Below, piece after piece: positions 29,316 to 40,992 of a DNA stretch of 64,000 nt. Each line of letters opens with the position of its first letter. Within the stretch, counting starts at the first letter, position 1. Below the pieces are notes generated by a model. That model did no database searches, was not told where the DNA came from, and was given only the letters and a program-made list of their open reading frames with translations. The stretch is from an uncultured Pseudomonadota bacterium (lineage in GTDB: Bacteria; Pseudomonadota; Alphaproteobacteria; JACZXZ01). A program made the translations under genes and the position numbers. The stretch is taken from assembly GCA_963749075.1 (NCBI GenBank), contig CAVVLJ010000016.1, positions 736,001 through 800,000 on the forward strand, written 5' to 3'.

Positions 29316-30893
29316 ATGTCTCGGAAGGCACGGATCGCGGCGGTGGCCGCGGCGCTGGCGTTGGTCGTCTCCACGCCGGCTTGGGCAAAGACTTTCAAAT
29401 GGGCGAACGACGGCGACGTGTCGTCGATGGATCCCTATTTCCTCAACGAGACGTTCCTCTTGGGCTTCCTCGGCAACATCTACGAGGCGCTGGTCACGCG
29501 CGGCAAGGAGCAGCAGCTCGAGCCGGCGCTGGCGCTCTCCTGGGAGCAGACCTCGCCCACGGTGTGGCGCTTTCACCTGCGCCCCGGCGTGAAATTCTCC
29601 GACGGCAGCCCCTTTACCGCCGATGACGTGCTGTTCTCCTTCGCCCGCGTGCGCACCGAGGGCTCGGACCTCAAGGCCTACCTCACCACCGTGAAGGAGC
29701 TCAAGAAGATCGACGACCTGACGGTCGATTTCATCACCTCGGCGCCCAACCCGCTGCTGCCGAGCGATATCGCCTTCTGGTACATCATGTCGAAGAGCTG
29801 GGCCGAGAAGAACGGCGCCGTCGCGGTCGCCTCCGTCAAGAAGAACGAGGAGAACTACGCGACGCGCCACACCGACGGCACCGGTCCCTTCATGGTCACC
29901 GCGCGCGAGCCCGACGTGAAGACGACGGCCGTGCCCAACCCCAACTGGTGGGGCAAGCCCGAGCATGACCTGACCGAGGTCGATTTCAGCGTCATCAAGT
30001 CGGACGCCACGCGCGTCGCCGCCCTCCTCTCCGGCGAGGTCGACATGGTCTATACCGTGCCGATCCAGGACGTGGAACGCATCAATGCCGCGGCGCACCG
30101 CAAGGTCCTCCAGGGCCCCGAGATGCGCACCATCTTCCTCGGCATGGACCAGTGGCGCGACGAGCTCATCGATTCCAACGTCAAGGGCAAGAACCCCTTC
30201 AAGGACGTGCGCGTGCGCAAGGCCTTCTACCAGGCGATCGACGAGGACACGATCGTTAGCAAGGTCATGCGGGGTGCCGCGACGCCGTCCGGGCTCATGG
30301 TCGCCCCCTCGGTCAACGGCTGGGACGCCGATCTCAACAAGCGCTTCCCCTACGACCCGGAGGCGGCAAAGAAGCTCCTCGCCGAGGCCGGTTATCCGGG
30401 CGGCTTCACCGTCGGCATGAACTGTCCCAACGACCGCTACGTCAACGACGAGCAGATCTGCGAGGCCGTGGTCGCCATGCTCGCCAAGGTCGGCGTCAAG
30501 GTGAACTTGCTCGCCGAGACCAAGAGCAAGTATTTCGCCAAAGTGCTTGCGCGCAACACGAGCTTCTATCTGCTCGGCTGGACGCCGGGCACCTACGACT
30601 TGCAGAACGCCATGTTCAACCTGATGGCGACGCCGAACGACGCCGGCCAGGGCAAGTTCAATCTCGGCAAATACTCGAACAAGCGCTTCGACGAGCTCAC
30701 CACCCTCGTCACCAGCGAGAGCGACACCAAGAAGCGCGATGCCGAGATCCACGAGGCCTTCAAGATCCACGAGGACGAGATCGGCCACATCCCGCTCCAC
30801 CAGCAGGCGCTCGCCTGGGGCATCAAGGACAACGTCCATCTCGTGCAGCGCCCGGACAACATCTTCGTCTGGAAATGGGTGCACATCGATTAG
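29316..30893 (+). CDS. Dipeptide/oligopeptide ABC transporter substrate-binding protein
   Basis: LRPGVKFSDGSPFTADDVLFS, GTGPF, DVRVRKA and YDPEAAKKLLAEAGY motifs. Confidence 0.95.
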   Translation: MSRKARIAAVAAALALVVSTPAWAKTFKWANDGDVSSMDPYFLNETFLLGFLGNIYEALVTRGKEQQLEPALALSWEQTSPTVWRFHLRPGVKFSDGSPFTADDVLFSFARVRTEGSDLKAYLTTVKELKKIDDLTVDFITSAPNPLLPSDIAFWYIMSKSWAEKNGAVAVASVKKNEENYATRHTDGTGPFMVTAREPDVKTTAVPNPNWWGKPEHDLTEVDFSVIKSDATRVAALLSGEVDMVYTVPIQDVERINAAAHRKVLQGPEMRTIFLGMDQWRDELIDSNVKGKNPFKDVRVRKAFYQAIDEDTIVSKVMRGAATPSGLMVAPSVNGWDADLNKRFPYDPEAAKKLLAEAGYPGGFTVGMNCPNDRYVNDEQICEAVVAMLAKVGVKVNLLAETKSKYFAKVLARNTSFYLLGWTPGTYDLQNAMFNLMATPNDAGQGKFNLGKYSNKRFDELTTLVTSESDTKKRDAEIHEAFKIHEDEIGHIPLHQQALAWGIKDNVHLVQRPDNIFVWKWVHID

Positions 30894-30952
30894 CGCGAGC
30901 GACGATGCGTGTGGCGGTCGCCGCCTGTCCTCTCCCTCCCCCGCGAGGGGGG

Positions 30953-31235
30953 CTGCGCGGTGAATGGAAGTCAGAGAAGCAATGGCAGAGTGGTGCCGTG
31001 GCGCCTCGGACCCCGCGCAGTGGGTCCTTCGAGACGCTCGCCCGGCGCGCGAAGTGCGCCTCTCCGCATGATGCAAGGGAGCGGGCCTTCGGCCCGCCAG
31101 GCGCTCCTCAGGATGAGATCAAGTCTTTCTGCCACGCACAAATTGCCCTCGTCCTGAGGAGCAACCCGCAAGGGTTGCGTCTCGAAGGACGTGCGGTGGC
31201 TCTGCCAGCGTTCCTAAGATGTGCGAATGCCGTAG
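30953..31235. mobile_element. Family A element, copy 5 (about 283 bp, with the three-hairpin module), inserted at a family B-like hairpin
   Basis: Core at 31020-31190; module at 31044-31097; right TIR TGTGCGAATGCCGTAG; flanks CGCGAGGGGGG (30942-30952) / CTCGAGCGGGG (31236-31246), 9/11 match. Confidence 0.78.
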
Positions 31236-31290
31236 CTCGAGCGGGGCAGGGGAGCGGGCTCGACGTCCACGGTGCCGGGGCGGCCCGCCG

Positions 31291-32283
31291 ATGACCGCCT
31301 TCGTCCTGCGCCGGCTCTTGCAATCGGTCTCGGTCATGCTGGTGGTGGGCCTGATCGCCTTCTCGCTCTTCCGCTTCGTGGGCGACCCGATCAACAACAT
31401 GGTCGGCCAGGATACCGGCGACAAGGACCGCGCGCTGCTGCGCCAGGAGCTGGGGCTCGACGATCCGTTCGTGGTGCAGTTCGCGCATTTCGTCGAGAAT
31501 GCCGTCAGGGGCGAGTTCGGCGTCTCCTTCCGCCAGGGCCGCAAGGTCTCGACGCTGATCGCCGAGCGCCTGCCGGCCACCCTCGAGCTCAGCCTGACCG
31601 CGGCGGTGCTCGCCCTTCTCGTGGGCGTGCCGCTCGGCGTCTATACCGGTCTCAACCGGGACAAGTGGACGAGCAAGGCGCTCCTCGCACTCTCGCTCGT
31701 CGGCGTCTCGCTGCCGACCTTCCTCATCGGCATCCTGCTCATCCTCCTTTTCTCGGTGGTGCTCGGCTGGCTCCCCGCCTTCGGACGAGGCGACGTGGTC
31801 CACCTCGGCTGGTGGTCGACGGGCTTTCTCACGCGCACGGGGCTCGAGGCGCTCATCCTGCCGGCGATCACCCTCGGGCTCTTCCAGATGACGCTCATCA
31901 TCCGCCTGGTGCGCGCCGAGATGCTCGAGGTGCTGCGCACCGACTACATCAAGTTCGCGCGCGCGCGCGGGCTCACCAACCGGGCGATCAACTTCGGCCA
32001 CGCGCTCAAGAACACGCTCGTGCCGGTCATCACCATCACCGGCCTCCAGCTCGGCTCGATCATCGCCTTCTCGATCATCACCGAGCAGGTCTTCCAGTGG
32101 CCGGGCATGGGCCTCCTCTTCATCCAGGCGGTGGCCTTCGTCGACATCCCGGTGATGGCGGCCTATCTCGTGCTCGTCGCCTTCCTCTTCGTGCTGATCA
32201 ATCTGATCGTCGATCTGCTCTATTACGCGGTCGACCCGCGCCTGCGCATCGACCGCGCCGTGGCGGGAGGCCACGGTGGCTGA
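31291..32283 (+). CDS. Peptide ABC transporter permease (DppB-like)
   Basis: LGLDDP, LPATLEL, DYIKFARARGL and FQWPGMG motifs. Confidence 0.95.
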   Translation: MTAFVLRRLLQSVSVMLVVGLIAFSLFRFVGDPINNMVGQDTGDKDRALLRQELGLDDPFVVQFAHFVENAVRGEFGVSFRQGRKVSTLIAERLPATLELSLTAAVLALLVGVPLGVYTGLNRDKWTSKALLALSLVGVSLPTFLIGILLILLFSVVLGWLPAFGRGDVVHLGWWSTGFLTRTGLEALILPAITLGLFQMTLIIRLVRAEMLEVLRTDYIKFARARGLTNRAINFGHALKNTLVPVITITGLQLGSIIAFSIITEQVFQWPGMGLLFIQAVAFVDIPVMAAYLVLVAFLFVLINLIVDLLYYAVDPRLRIDRAVAGGHGG

Positions 32284-33229
32284 AGCGCGGCTCCCGGCGG
32301 CCGCGGCCTCGCCCTTGCGCGATGCCCTGCGGCGCGCCTGGGACAGCGATCTCTCCTATAGCTTCCGCCGCTCGCCGGTGACCGTGGCCGCGGCCCTCAC
32401 CACGCTTCTCATCTTCTGCGGCGCCGCCTTCGCACCCTGGATCGCACCCCACAATCCCTTCGACCTCGCGACCGTGAGCCTCTTGGACGCGCGCAATCCG
32501 CCGGTCTGGCTCCCCGGCGGGAGCTGGGAGTTCCCGCTCGGCACCGACAACCTCGGGCGCGACGTGCTGTCGACGATCCTCTACGGCTCGCGCCTGTCGC
32601 TCGTGGTCGGCTTCGCCTCGATCGCCCTCGCCATGGTGCTCGGGGTCTCGCTCGGCCTCATCTCCGGCTATCTCGGCGGCTTCGTCGAGGCGCTCATCAT
32701 GCGCGTGGCCGAGGTGCAGCTGAGCTTCCCCGCGATCCTCGTGGCGCTCCTCGTCGACGGCATCATGCGCGGCCTGGTGCCGCGCGAATTCCAGGACGAG
32801 GTCGCCGAGTACGTGCTCATCCTCTCGATCGGGCTTTCCTTCTGGGTGCAGTACGCGCGCACGGTGCGCGGCTCGACCATGGTCGAGAAGAACAAGGAGT
32901 ACGTGCAGGCCGCCCGCGTCATCGGCCGCCATCCGGCCGCCATCATGCTGCGCCACGTGCTGCCCAACGTCATGGGCCCGGTCCTGGTGATCGCCACCAT
33001 CAACCTGGCACTCGCCATCATCACCGAGGCGACGCTGTCGTTCCTCGGCGTGGGCGTGCCGCCGACCGAGCCCTCGCTCGGCACGCTCATCCGCGTCGGC
33101 AACGACTTCCTCTTCTCGGGCGAGTGGTGGATCTCGATCTTCCCCGGCGCGGTGCTCGTGGTGCTCGTGCTGGCGGTCAACATGCTGGGCGACTGGCTGC
33201 GCGACGCGCTCAACCCGAAGCTGCGCTGA
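32276..33229 (+). CDS. Peptide ABC transporter permease (DppC-like)
   Basis: LGTDNLGRD, EYVQAAR, EATLSFLG and GDWLRDALNP motifs. Confidence 0.95.
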   Translation: MAEARLPAAAASPLRDALRRAWDSDLSYSFRRSPVTVAAALTTLLIFCGAAFAPWIAPHNPFDLATVSLLDARNPPVWLPGGSWEFPLGTDNLGRDVLSTILYGSRLSLVVGFASIALAMVLGVSLGLISGYLGGFVEALIMRVAEVQLSFPAILVALLVDGIMRGLVPREFQDEVAEYVLILSIGLSFWVQYARTVRGSTMVEKNKEYVQAARVIGRHPAAIMLRHVLPNVMGPVLVIATINLALAIITEATLSFLGVGVPPTEPSLGTLIRVGNDFLFSGEWWISIFPGAVLVVLVLAVNMLGDWLRDALNPKLR

Positions 33230-34225
33230 TGGCAGCCCTCGGCAACCGCCCGCCGCTCTTGCAGGTCGAGCGCCTGCGGGTCGAGTTCCCCACCCGGCGC
33301 GGCACGCTCACCGCCGTCGACGACGTCTCCCTCGAGATCGCCGAGGGCGAGGTGCTCGGCGTGGTCGGCGAATCGGGCGCCGGGAAGTCGATCACCGGCT
33401 CGGCGGTCATCGGCCTCATCGAGCCGCCCGGGCGCATCGCCGGCGGGCGCATACTCTTCGAGGGCGAGCGCATCGACGGCCTGGCTTACGAGAAGCTGCG
33501 GCGCATCAGGGGAAAGCGCATCGGCACCATCTTCCAGGACCCGCTTACCAGCCTGAACCCGCTCTATGCCATCGGCCGCCAGCTCGTCGAGACCATCACG
33601 ACGCACCTCGAGCTTTCGCCGCGCCAGGCGCGCGAGCGCGCCATCGAGCTCTTGGCCGAGGTCGGCATCCCCTCGCCGGGGGAGCGCTTCGAGCACTATC
33701 CCCACCAGTTCTCCGGCGGCATGCGCCAGCGCGTGGTGATCGCCTTGGCGCTCTGCGCCAACCCGCGCCTCGTCATCGCCGACGAGCCGACGACGGCGCT
33801 CAACGTCTCCATCCAGGCGCAGATCATCGCCCTCCTCAAGAAGCTCTGCCGCGAGCACGGCACCGCGGTGATGCTCATCACCCACGACATGGGCGTCATC
33901 GCCGAGACGGCGGACCGCGTTGCCGTCATGTATGCCGGCCGCCTCGTCGAGGTGGGGCCGCTGCGCGAGGTGGTGAAGGCGCCGCGCCATCCCTACACGG
34001 TCGGGCTCATGGGCTCGATCCCCTCGCTCCACGGCTCGCGCGAGCGCCTCGCCCAGATCGACGGCAGCATGCCGCGGCTCAACCGCATTCCGCCGGGCTG
34101 CGCCTTCCATCCGCGCTGCCCGCGCGCCTTCGCACCCTGCGCCCGCGAGCGGCCGGAGCTGGTGCCGGACGGGCCGTCGAGCGCCGCCTGCTGGCTCTAC
34201 GGCCCGCTCGCACGGACGGGGAGCG

Positions 34226-34233
<8 letters not shown>
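33229..34233 (+). CDS. Peptide ABC transporter ATP-binding protein (DppD-like)
   Basis: GESGAGKS, FSGGMRQR, ADEPTTALNV and GCAFHPRC motifs. Confidence 0.94.
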
Positions 34234-35265
<1,032 letters not shown>

Positions 35266-35266
<1 letters not shown>

Positions 35267-35356
35267 CGGTGCTGTCCCTCACCCTCCCAAGGCTTCGCCT
35301 TGGGTCCCTCCCTCTCCCGTTTACGGGAGAGGGTCGGGGTGAGGGCCGGCACCGCC
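35266..35356. repeat. Family B REP-like multi-hairpin unit
   Basis: CCCTCACCCT-CCCAAGGCTTCGCCTTGGG-TCCCTCCCTCTCCCGTTTACGGGAGAGGG-TCGGGGTGAGGG. Confidence 0.8.
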
Positions 35357-35453
35357 TTTCAAGGAGATGCGAGCGATGCAATCGGCTGCACGCGACCGAG
35401 GCGGGGGTGCGCATCCTTGAGGAGGGCGGCAACGCGATCGATGCGGCACGGTC
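35350..35453 (+). pseudogene. Degenerate duplicate of the ggt RBS and 5' end with an internal deletion of about 100 bp
   Basis: CACCGCCTTTCAAGGAGA...ATGCAATCG and GTGCGCATCCT...GAGGGCGGCAACGCGATCGA match 37633-37835. Confidence 0.85.
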
Positions 35454-35599
35454 CACAGCAGTCGATACAGTGCCGAACTTCGCCTGGAATTACGTTCGGC
35501 CGAAAGCAAGTGATCGTATTCCTATGGACAGGATCACGATCTGCACCAACTCCACTCCATATGGTATTGTCAAAGGCGGTATTCCGGTAGCGGGCGCCA

Positions 35600-37227
35600 T
35601 TACGCAGCCCGTGCAATTCTCCTAGTGTCACTCAGCGCCCGATCGATCAAACAGTCCATCTCAAGGCGGACGAGGTTGTTGTCCAGAGTCCCGATATTGT
35701 CGGAGCGAGTTTGCTCCGGGGCCGAGCCCACCGCAATTCTTTGCTCGACCGCATTGCGCAGTCGCCGCAGGCGGAATTCCTCGAAAGGTACAATTGCCGC
35801 CACGACGCTTTGGCGTGCCGCCGTCAAGTGACCCAAGACCGCCTCGGCGTGCGCATTGATCAGGCGCAGTGCCGCGCGCTCCTCGACATCTATCCCCGGG
35901 CGTGCTGAGATACTCATCAAGATGTCGCGCGCAGCTTGCGCTCGCCTTGACGCGATCCGTGCGACGGCCAGCGTCGTCTCGAAGTAACGCTTCTGCTCAT
36001 AATACGGACAGGTCGCGGCATATTCAATGAGACGATCGGCAAAAGCCGGTGATATGCCCTCCCTCATTTCAATCATCAAAAGAACGTGGACACCGATCCA
36101 TTCGCTCAAACTGCGGGGCTTGCGGACCAGAGATTGAAGGATCGAACGTGCTTCGTCCGAGCGCCTAATTCCACAAGAACGACTGCTTGTCCAACAATGT
36201 TGAAATCAGACGGCAATTCCCCTCTCCCGTTTGGTAGGCGGCGAGCGCCTCATCGAGCCGCCCCATGGCGCGCAGCGTCTCGGCGCGGCCGTTCCGTGCG
36301 ACGGCATTCTCCGGAAATGCCTCGACCGTCCGGTCATAGGCGGCGAGCGCCTCATCGAGCCGCCCCATGGCGCGCAGCGTCTCGGCGCGGCCGGTCCGTG
36401 CGTCGACTTTCTCCGGAAACGCCTCGACCGTCCGGTCATAGGCGGCGAGCGCCTCATCGAGCCGCCCCATGGCGCGCAGCGTCTCGGCGCGGCGAATGTA
36501 GAAATGCAGAAGAATGTTGTAAGATGTATAATTGAACGTATTTAAAATGCGGAGCTGTGCTAGTTGTAAGAGAATGAATTTTTGACTATACTGAAGCTGG
36601 CTTATAATGAAGTGTTACGGAGTGATATGAACTTGAACATTGGATATTGATTGTTTGAGAACTGTAGTGGTGAGAGTAGGGGTGAGCGCAGTTTTGCAGG
36701 AGCTTGAACTGCTAAGCTTGTACAGCAGAGCACAAGGATAAATATTGTGGTAGCTTGAATTTTTTGTGTGAGATATAATAAGTTTAAGTTGAGGTTTGAG
36801 AAATGATTGAAAGTGGTTGGAGATCTGTCCAATTGACATTTTTGGCGAAGAATATTTTTGTCCGTAGATCGCCTTGATCGCCATCGAAGATACCCGTTGC
36901 CAACGCTGCAACAAGCCCGTTATCGTACGCTTGGTCCAATGCAGCTGTGCCTTCGACCGAGGTTAATTTCTTCTGGTAACCCCAAGCCCGGACCTCGTCC
37001 TCGATTTGGAGGAGCAACGGCGCACTAACGATGCCATAGAGTCTTTCAACTCTCTTGAGCTCCTCCTCGCGCGCCAAGCGTAGCGCGCCGAAGAAATCCC
37101 AGGCTTGACTGGCAACTGGTTTCAGAAAACGCCTCTCAATGAACTCCGCGACCGCTCGGTCCGCAAGCACGCGATCGGCGCGGCGTATATTGCGACGCCG
37201 CAAATCCCAATCCAGTTCGGGGTCCAT
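35600..37227 (-). pseudogene. Probable disrupted TPR-repeat protein gene (N-terminal part 36830-37227, TPRs 36235-36493, C-terminal part 35600-36109)
   Basis: Three same-strand ORF pieces; TPR unit GRLDEALAAYDRTVEAFPE..ARNGRAETLRAM; interrupted by an AT-rich block and a frameshift. Joining the pieces into one gene is inference. Confidence 0.6.
36235..36493. repeat. 102-bp tandem repeat (2.5 units) encoding 34-aa TPRs
   Basis: Unit starts TAGGCGGCGAGCGCCTCATCGAGCCGCCCCATGG at 36235, 36337 and 36439. Confidence 0.95.
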
Positions 37228-37658
37228 ACCGATCAGGATCCATGGAGAGTTTCGAAGCGGCGCGTCTCAATTTTAAGAGTTAATTTAGAGGTTATCTTCT
37301 GTTAGTGGACCATCGGCCGTAGGATCGAATACCCGCACCTCAAGCCAAGATCAAAGAAGAACCGGATATCGTTCGCCTGGGGCGGCGCCGGTCCTCACCT
37401 TGGAAAAGCCAGTCTCGCCGAGAGGGAAGGGGCCCGGCCCGCAGAGATGTGAATGTGACGGCTGAGTTCATGCGCCAACTTGGTTGATCGCCGCAATTCC
37501 GGATGCGGTAGCTTTGAGCAACCGAACTCCCAAGCCTCTCGGTCGTCGGCGTCGGTTAGAGGTCTATCCAATGTCACCTGTCCAATGCTTCTCGGGGCAG
37601 AGTACCGTTTGGACGGGAAGGGTGAGGGACAGCACCGCCTTTCAAGGAGACCAGAGCA

Positions 37659-39413
37659 ATGCAATCGACTGCACGTGCCCTTCTTATTCTCGTCCTCGCG
37701 ACCCTCCACGCCCACGCGGCCACGCGCCCGGCGGTCGAGGCCGAGCATGGCATGGTCGTCGCCGCCCAGCATTATGCGACCGACGTTGGCGTGCGCATCC
37801 TGCAAGAGGGCGGCAACGCGATCGACGCCGCGGTCGCGGTCGGCTACGCGCTCGCGGTGGTCAACCCCTGCTGCGGCAACATCGGCGGCGGCGGCTTCAT
37901 GACCATCCACCTAGCCGACGGGCGCGACAGCTTCATCAATTTCCGCGAGACGGCACCGGCGGCGGCGACGGCGACCATGTATCTCGACGCGGCCGGCAAG
38001 CCCATTCCCGGCGCCAGCCTCTACGGCTACCTTGCCGTGGGCGTGCCGGGCACCGTGATGGGGCTCGAGAAGGCACTCGCCGAGTACGGCAGGCTGCCGC
38101 GCGCGAAGGTCATGGCGCCGGCGATCGCACTCGCGCGCGATGGCTATCTCCTGGCCCGCGCCGACACCGACATCCTCGACAACAAGGTCGCACGCTTCGG
38201 CCGCGACCCCGCCGCGCGCCGGATCTTCCTCCGGCCCGACGGCACGCCCTTCGAGCCCGGCGACCGCCTCGTCCAGAGCGACCTCGCCGCCACCCTGGCG
38301 CTCATCGCCGAGCGCGGCGCGGACGCCTTCTACGAGGGCCCCATCGCGGCGGCGGTGGCGGCGGCGAGCAAGGCCAATGGCGGCATCCTGACGGCGGACG
38401 ACTTCGCCCATTACACGGTAACCGAGGCTGCGCCGCTCAGTTGCAGCTACCGCGGCTACGTGCTGCTCTCGGCACCCCCGCCGAGCTCGGGCGGCGTCAC
38501 CATCTGCGAGATCCTCGACGTGCTCGAGGGCTACGACATGGCGGCGCTCGGCTTCCGCTCGGCCCGCTCGGTGCATCTCATGGTCGAGGCCATGCGCCAC
38601 GCCTTCATGGACCGCAACAGCTACCTGGGCGACCCGGCCTTTGTTAAGAACCCGCTTGAGCGCCTGCTCTCCAAGGACTACGCGGCTCAGATCCGCGCCG
38701 CGATCCAGCCCGACAAGGCGACGCCGTCGGCGGCGGTGGCGCCAGGTGTGGCGCCGCACGAGAAGGCGGAGACCACGCACTACTCGATCGTGGACAAGGA
38801 GGGCAACGCGGTCTCGGTCACCTACACGATCAACGGCTACTTCGGCGCCAACGTGATGGCGCCCGGCACGGGCTTCTTCCTCAACGACGAGATGGACGAT
38901 TTCACCATCAAGCCCGGGACGGCGAACCTCTTCGGCCTGGTGCAGGGCAAGGCGAACGCCATCGAGCCCGGCAAGCGGCCGCTCTCCTCCATGGCGCCCA
39001 CCATCGTGACCAAGGACGGCAAGGTCTTCCTCGTGGTCGGCAGCCCGGGGGGCTCGCGCATCATCACCATCACGCTCGAGACCGTGATGAACGTCATCGA
39101 TTACGGCATGGGCCCGGAGGAGGCGGTCGACGCGCCGCGCCTCCATCACCAATGGCTGCCCGATGAGGTGTTCTACGAGCCCTACGGCCTGTCGCCCGAC
39201 ACGATCGCGCTTCTCACGGGCATGGGCTACAGGCTTAAGGAGCAGCCGCCCTGGGGGGCGGCCGAGCTCATCGAGATCGCAGGCGTCGCACCCGCCGCCA
39301 GGGGCAGCGCCTCCTCGGGCAACGGCGCGGCGCTCTCCGGCCGCTTGCGCGCTGGCTACCTCTACGGCGCCAACGACGACCGCCGCCCGGCGGGCGAGGC
39401 GGCGGGATATTGA
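37659..39413 (+). CDS. ggt: Gamma-glutamyltranspeptidase (exported)
   Basis: GGNAIDAAVA, FRETAP, ETTHYS (Thr nucleophile), LNDEMDDF, KRPLSSMAP and GSPGGSRI motifs. Confidence 0.96.
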   Translation: MQSTARALLILVLATLHAHAATRPAVEAEHGMVVAAQHYATDVGVRILQEGGNAIDAAVAVGYALAVVNPCCGNIGGGGFMTIHLADGRDSFINFRETAPAAATATMYLDAAGKPIPGASLYGYLAVGVPGTVMGLEKALAEYGRLPRAKVMAPAIALARDGYLLARADTDILDNKVARFGRDPAARRIFLRPDGTPFEPGDRLVQSDLAATLALIAERGADAFYEGPIAAAVAAASKANGGILTADDFAHYTVTEAAPLSCSYRGYVLLSAPPPSSGGVTICEILDVLEGYDMAALGFRSARSVHLMVEAMRHAFMDRNSYLGDPAFVKNPLERLLSKDYAAQIRAAIQPDKATPSAAVAPGVAPHEKAETTHYSIVDKEGNAVSVTYTINGYFGANVMAPGTGFFLNDEMDDFTIKPGTANLFGLVQGKANAIEPGKRPLSSMAPTIVTKDGKVFLVVGSPGGSRIITITLETVMNVIDYGMGPEEAVDAPRLHHQWLPDEVFYEPYGLSPDTIALLTGMGYRLKEQPPWGAAELIEIAGVAPAARGSASSGNGAALSGRLRAGYLYGANDDRRPAGEAAGY

Positions 39414-39561
39414 CGGCGCGGTCGAGCGGAGGCCGCGGCCGACGGCCTCCGGCCGGGCGCTTTCGGTTGCCCGGGCGGATTGCTATCATTCATGCCGCTG
39501 CAAAGGCCATCGGGCGGGTGTAAGCCCGGGAACGAGCCGCGAGCACCTGGGGAGGGCGCCC

Positions 39562-40224
39562 TTGAACTACGTCTTCCAGTTCGGAGACGTGTGGAATTCC
39601 TGGCACGAGCTGGCGCTGGGGGCGTGGCTCACCGTGCGGCTCTCGGCCTATTCGATGGTGCTCGGGCTGCTCGTCGCGATCGTCTTCGCCCTGGGCAAGA
39701 CCTCGGGGCCGAGGCCCATCCGCGCGCTCGTCGACGTCTACGTCGAGGTGATCCGCAACACGCCCTTCCTCATCCAGCTTTTCATCGTCTTTTTCGGCTT
39801 GCCGGTGCTCGGGCTGCGCCTCGAGGCGAACACGGCGGCCCTCCTCGCCATGGTGATCAACGTCGGGGCCTATGCCACCGAGATCGTGCGCGCCGGCATC
39901 GAGAGCATCACGCGCGGCCAGACCGAGGCGGGGAAGGCCCTCGGCCTCAGGCCGCTGCAGGTCTTCCGCCACATCGTCCTCCTGCCGGCGATCCGCACGG
40001 TCTATCCCGCCCTCACCAGCCAGTTCATCCTCCTGATGCTGAACTCCAGCGTCTGCTCGACGATCGCCGCGGACGAGCTGACGGCTGCGGCCAACGACAT
40101 CCAGTCGCGCACCTTCCGCAGCTTCGAGGTGTATTTCGTCGCGACCGGCATCTACCTCGCCCTCTCGCTCGCCTTCTCGGCCGTCTTCGCCGGGATCGAG
40201 CGGGCCGTTCTCGTGCGCCGCTGA
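39562..40224 (+). CDS. Polar amino acid ABC transporter permease
   Basis: IRNTPFLIQ and AYATEIVRAGIESI..GQ.EA motifs; TTG start after GGAGG. Confidence 0.92.
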   Translation: MNYVFQFGDVWNSWHELALGAWLTVRLSAYSMVLGLLVAIVFALGKTSGPRPIRALVDVYVEVIRNTPFLIQLFIVFFGLPVLGLRLEANTAALLAMVINVGAYATEIVRAGIESITRGQTEAGKALGLRPLQVFRHIVLLPAIRTVYPALTSQFILLMLNSSVCSTIAADELTAAANDIQSRTFRSFEVYFVATGIYLALSLAFSAVFAGIERAVLVRR

Positions 40225-40241
40225 CGGGGCGGAGAAGTTCC

Positions 40242-40892
40242 ATGCGCGATCTCGGCTTCAGCGATCTCGCCTACATCGTGCTCGCGGCGCGCTGGACGAT
40301 CGCCCTTTCGGGAATCGCCTTCGTGGGCGGCAGCATCGGAGGCCTGGCCGTGGCTCTCGCGCGCACGGCGCCGCCCTTATGGCTGTGCTATCTCTCCGCC
40401 GGCTACATCCGGCTCTTCCAGGGCACGCCGCTCCTCATGCAGCTTTTCCTCGTCTTCTTCGGCATCAACATCCTCGGCCTGAGCGTCGATCCGTGGACGG
40501 CGGCAAGCCTCGGCCTCACGCTCAACGCCAGCGCCTTCCTGGGCGAGATCTGGCGCGGCTGCATCGAGGCCGTTCCCAAGGGCCAGTGGGAGGCGGCGGA
40601 GGCGCTCGGCCTGCGCTATGCGGGCCAGATGCGCAGCGTCATCCTGCCGCAGGCCGCGAAGGTCGCCGTGGCCCCCACCGTGGGCTTCCTCGTGCAGCTC
40701 ATCAAGGCGACCTCGCTCGCCTCGATCATCGGCTTCGTGGAGCTCACGCGCTCGGCGCAGGTCATCAACAACGCCGTCTTCCAGCCCTTCAAGATCTTCG
40801 GCCTCGTGGCGCTGGTCTATTTCCTGATGTGCTGGCCGCTCTCGATTTTGAGCAATCGCATGGAGAAGAGACTTGCCCTAGGATCGCGCTGA
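40242..40892 (+). CDS. Polar amino acid ABC transporter permease
   Basis: FQGTPLLMQ, EIWRGCIEAVPKGQWEA and KATSLAS motifs. Confidence 0.93.
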   Translation: MRDLGFSDLAYIVLAARWTIALSGIAFVGGSIGGLAVALARTAPPLWLCYLSAGYIRLFQGTPLLMQLFLVFFGINILGLSVDPWTAASLGLTLNASAFLGEIWRGCIEAVPKGQWEAAEALGLRYAGQMRSVILPQAAKVAVAPTVGFLVQLIKATSLASIIGFVELTRSAQVINNAVFQPFKIFGLVALVYFLMCWPLSILSNRMEKRLALGSR

Positions 40893-40992
40893 GCCGAGGC
40901 GAGAGGGAGCTTGCGCGAGCCGTCCGTGCCGCCGGCCGGGCATGGTGGAGACGGGCTCGAGATAACCGGCCGAGCAAGGGAGGAATCGTGCC

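Noticed and set aside
36235-36493. 102-bp tandem repeat as CRISPR or DGR template/variable repeats
   Set aside because: The period is exactly 34 codons encoding TPRs; there are no unique spacers and no reverse transcriptase nearby.
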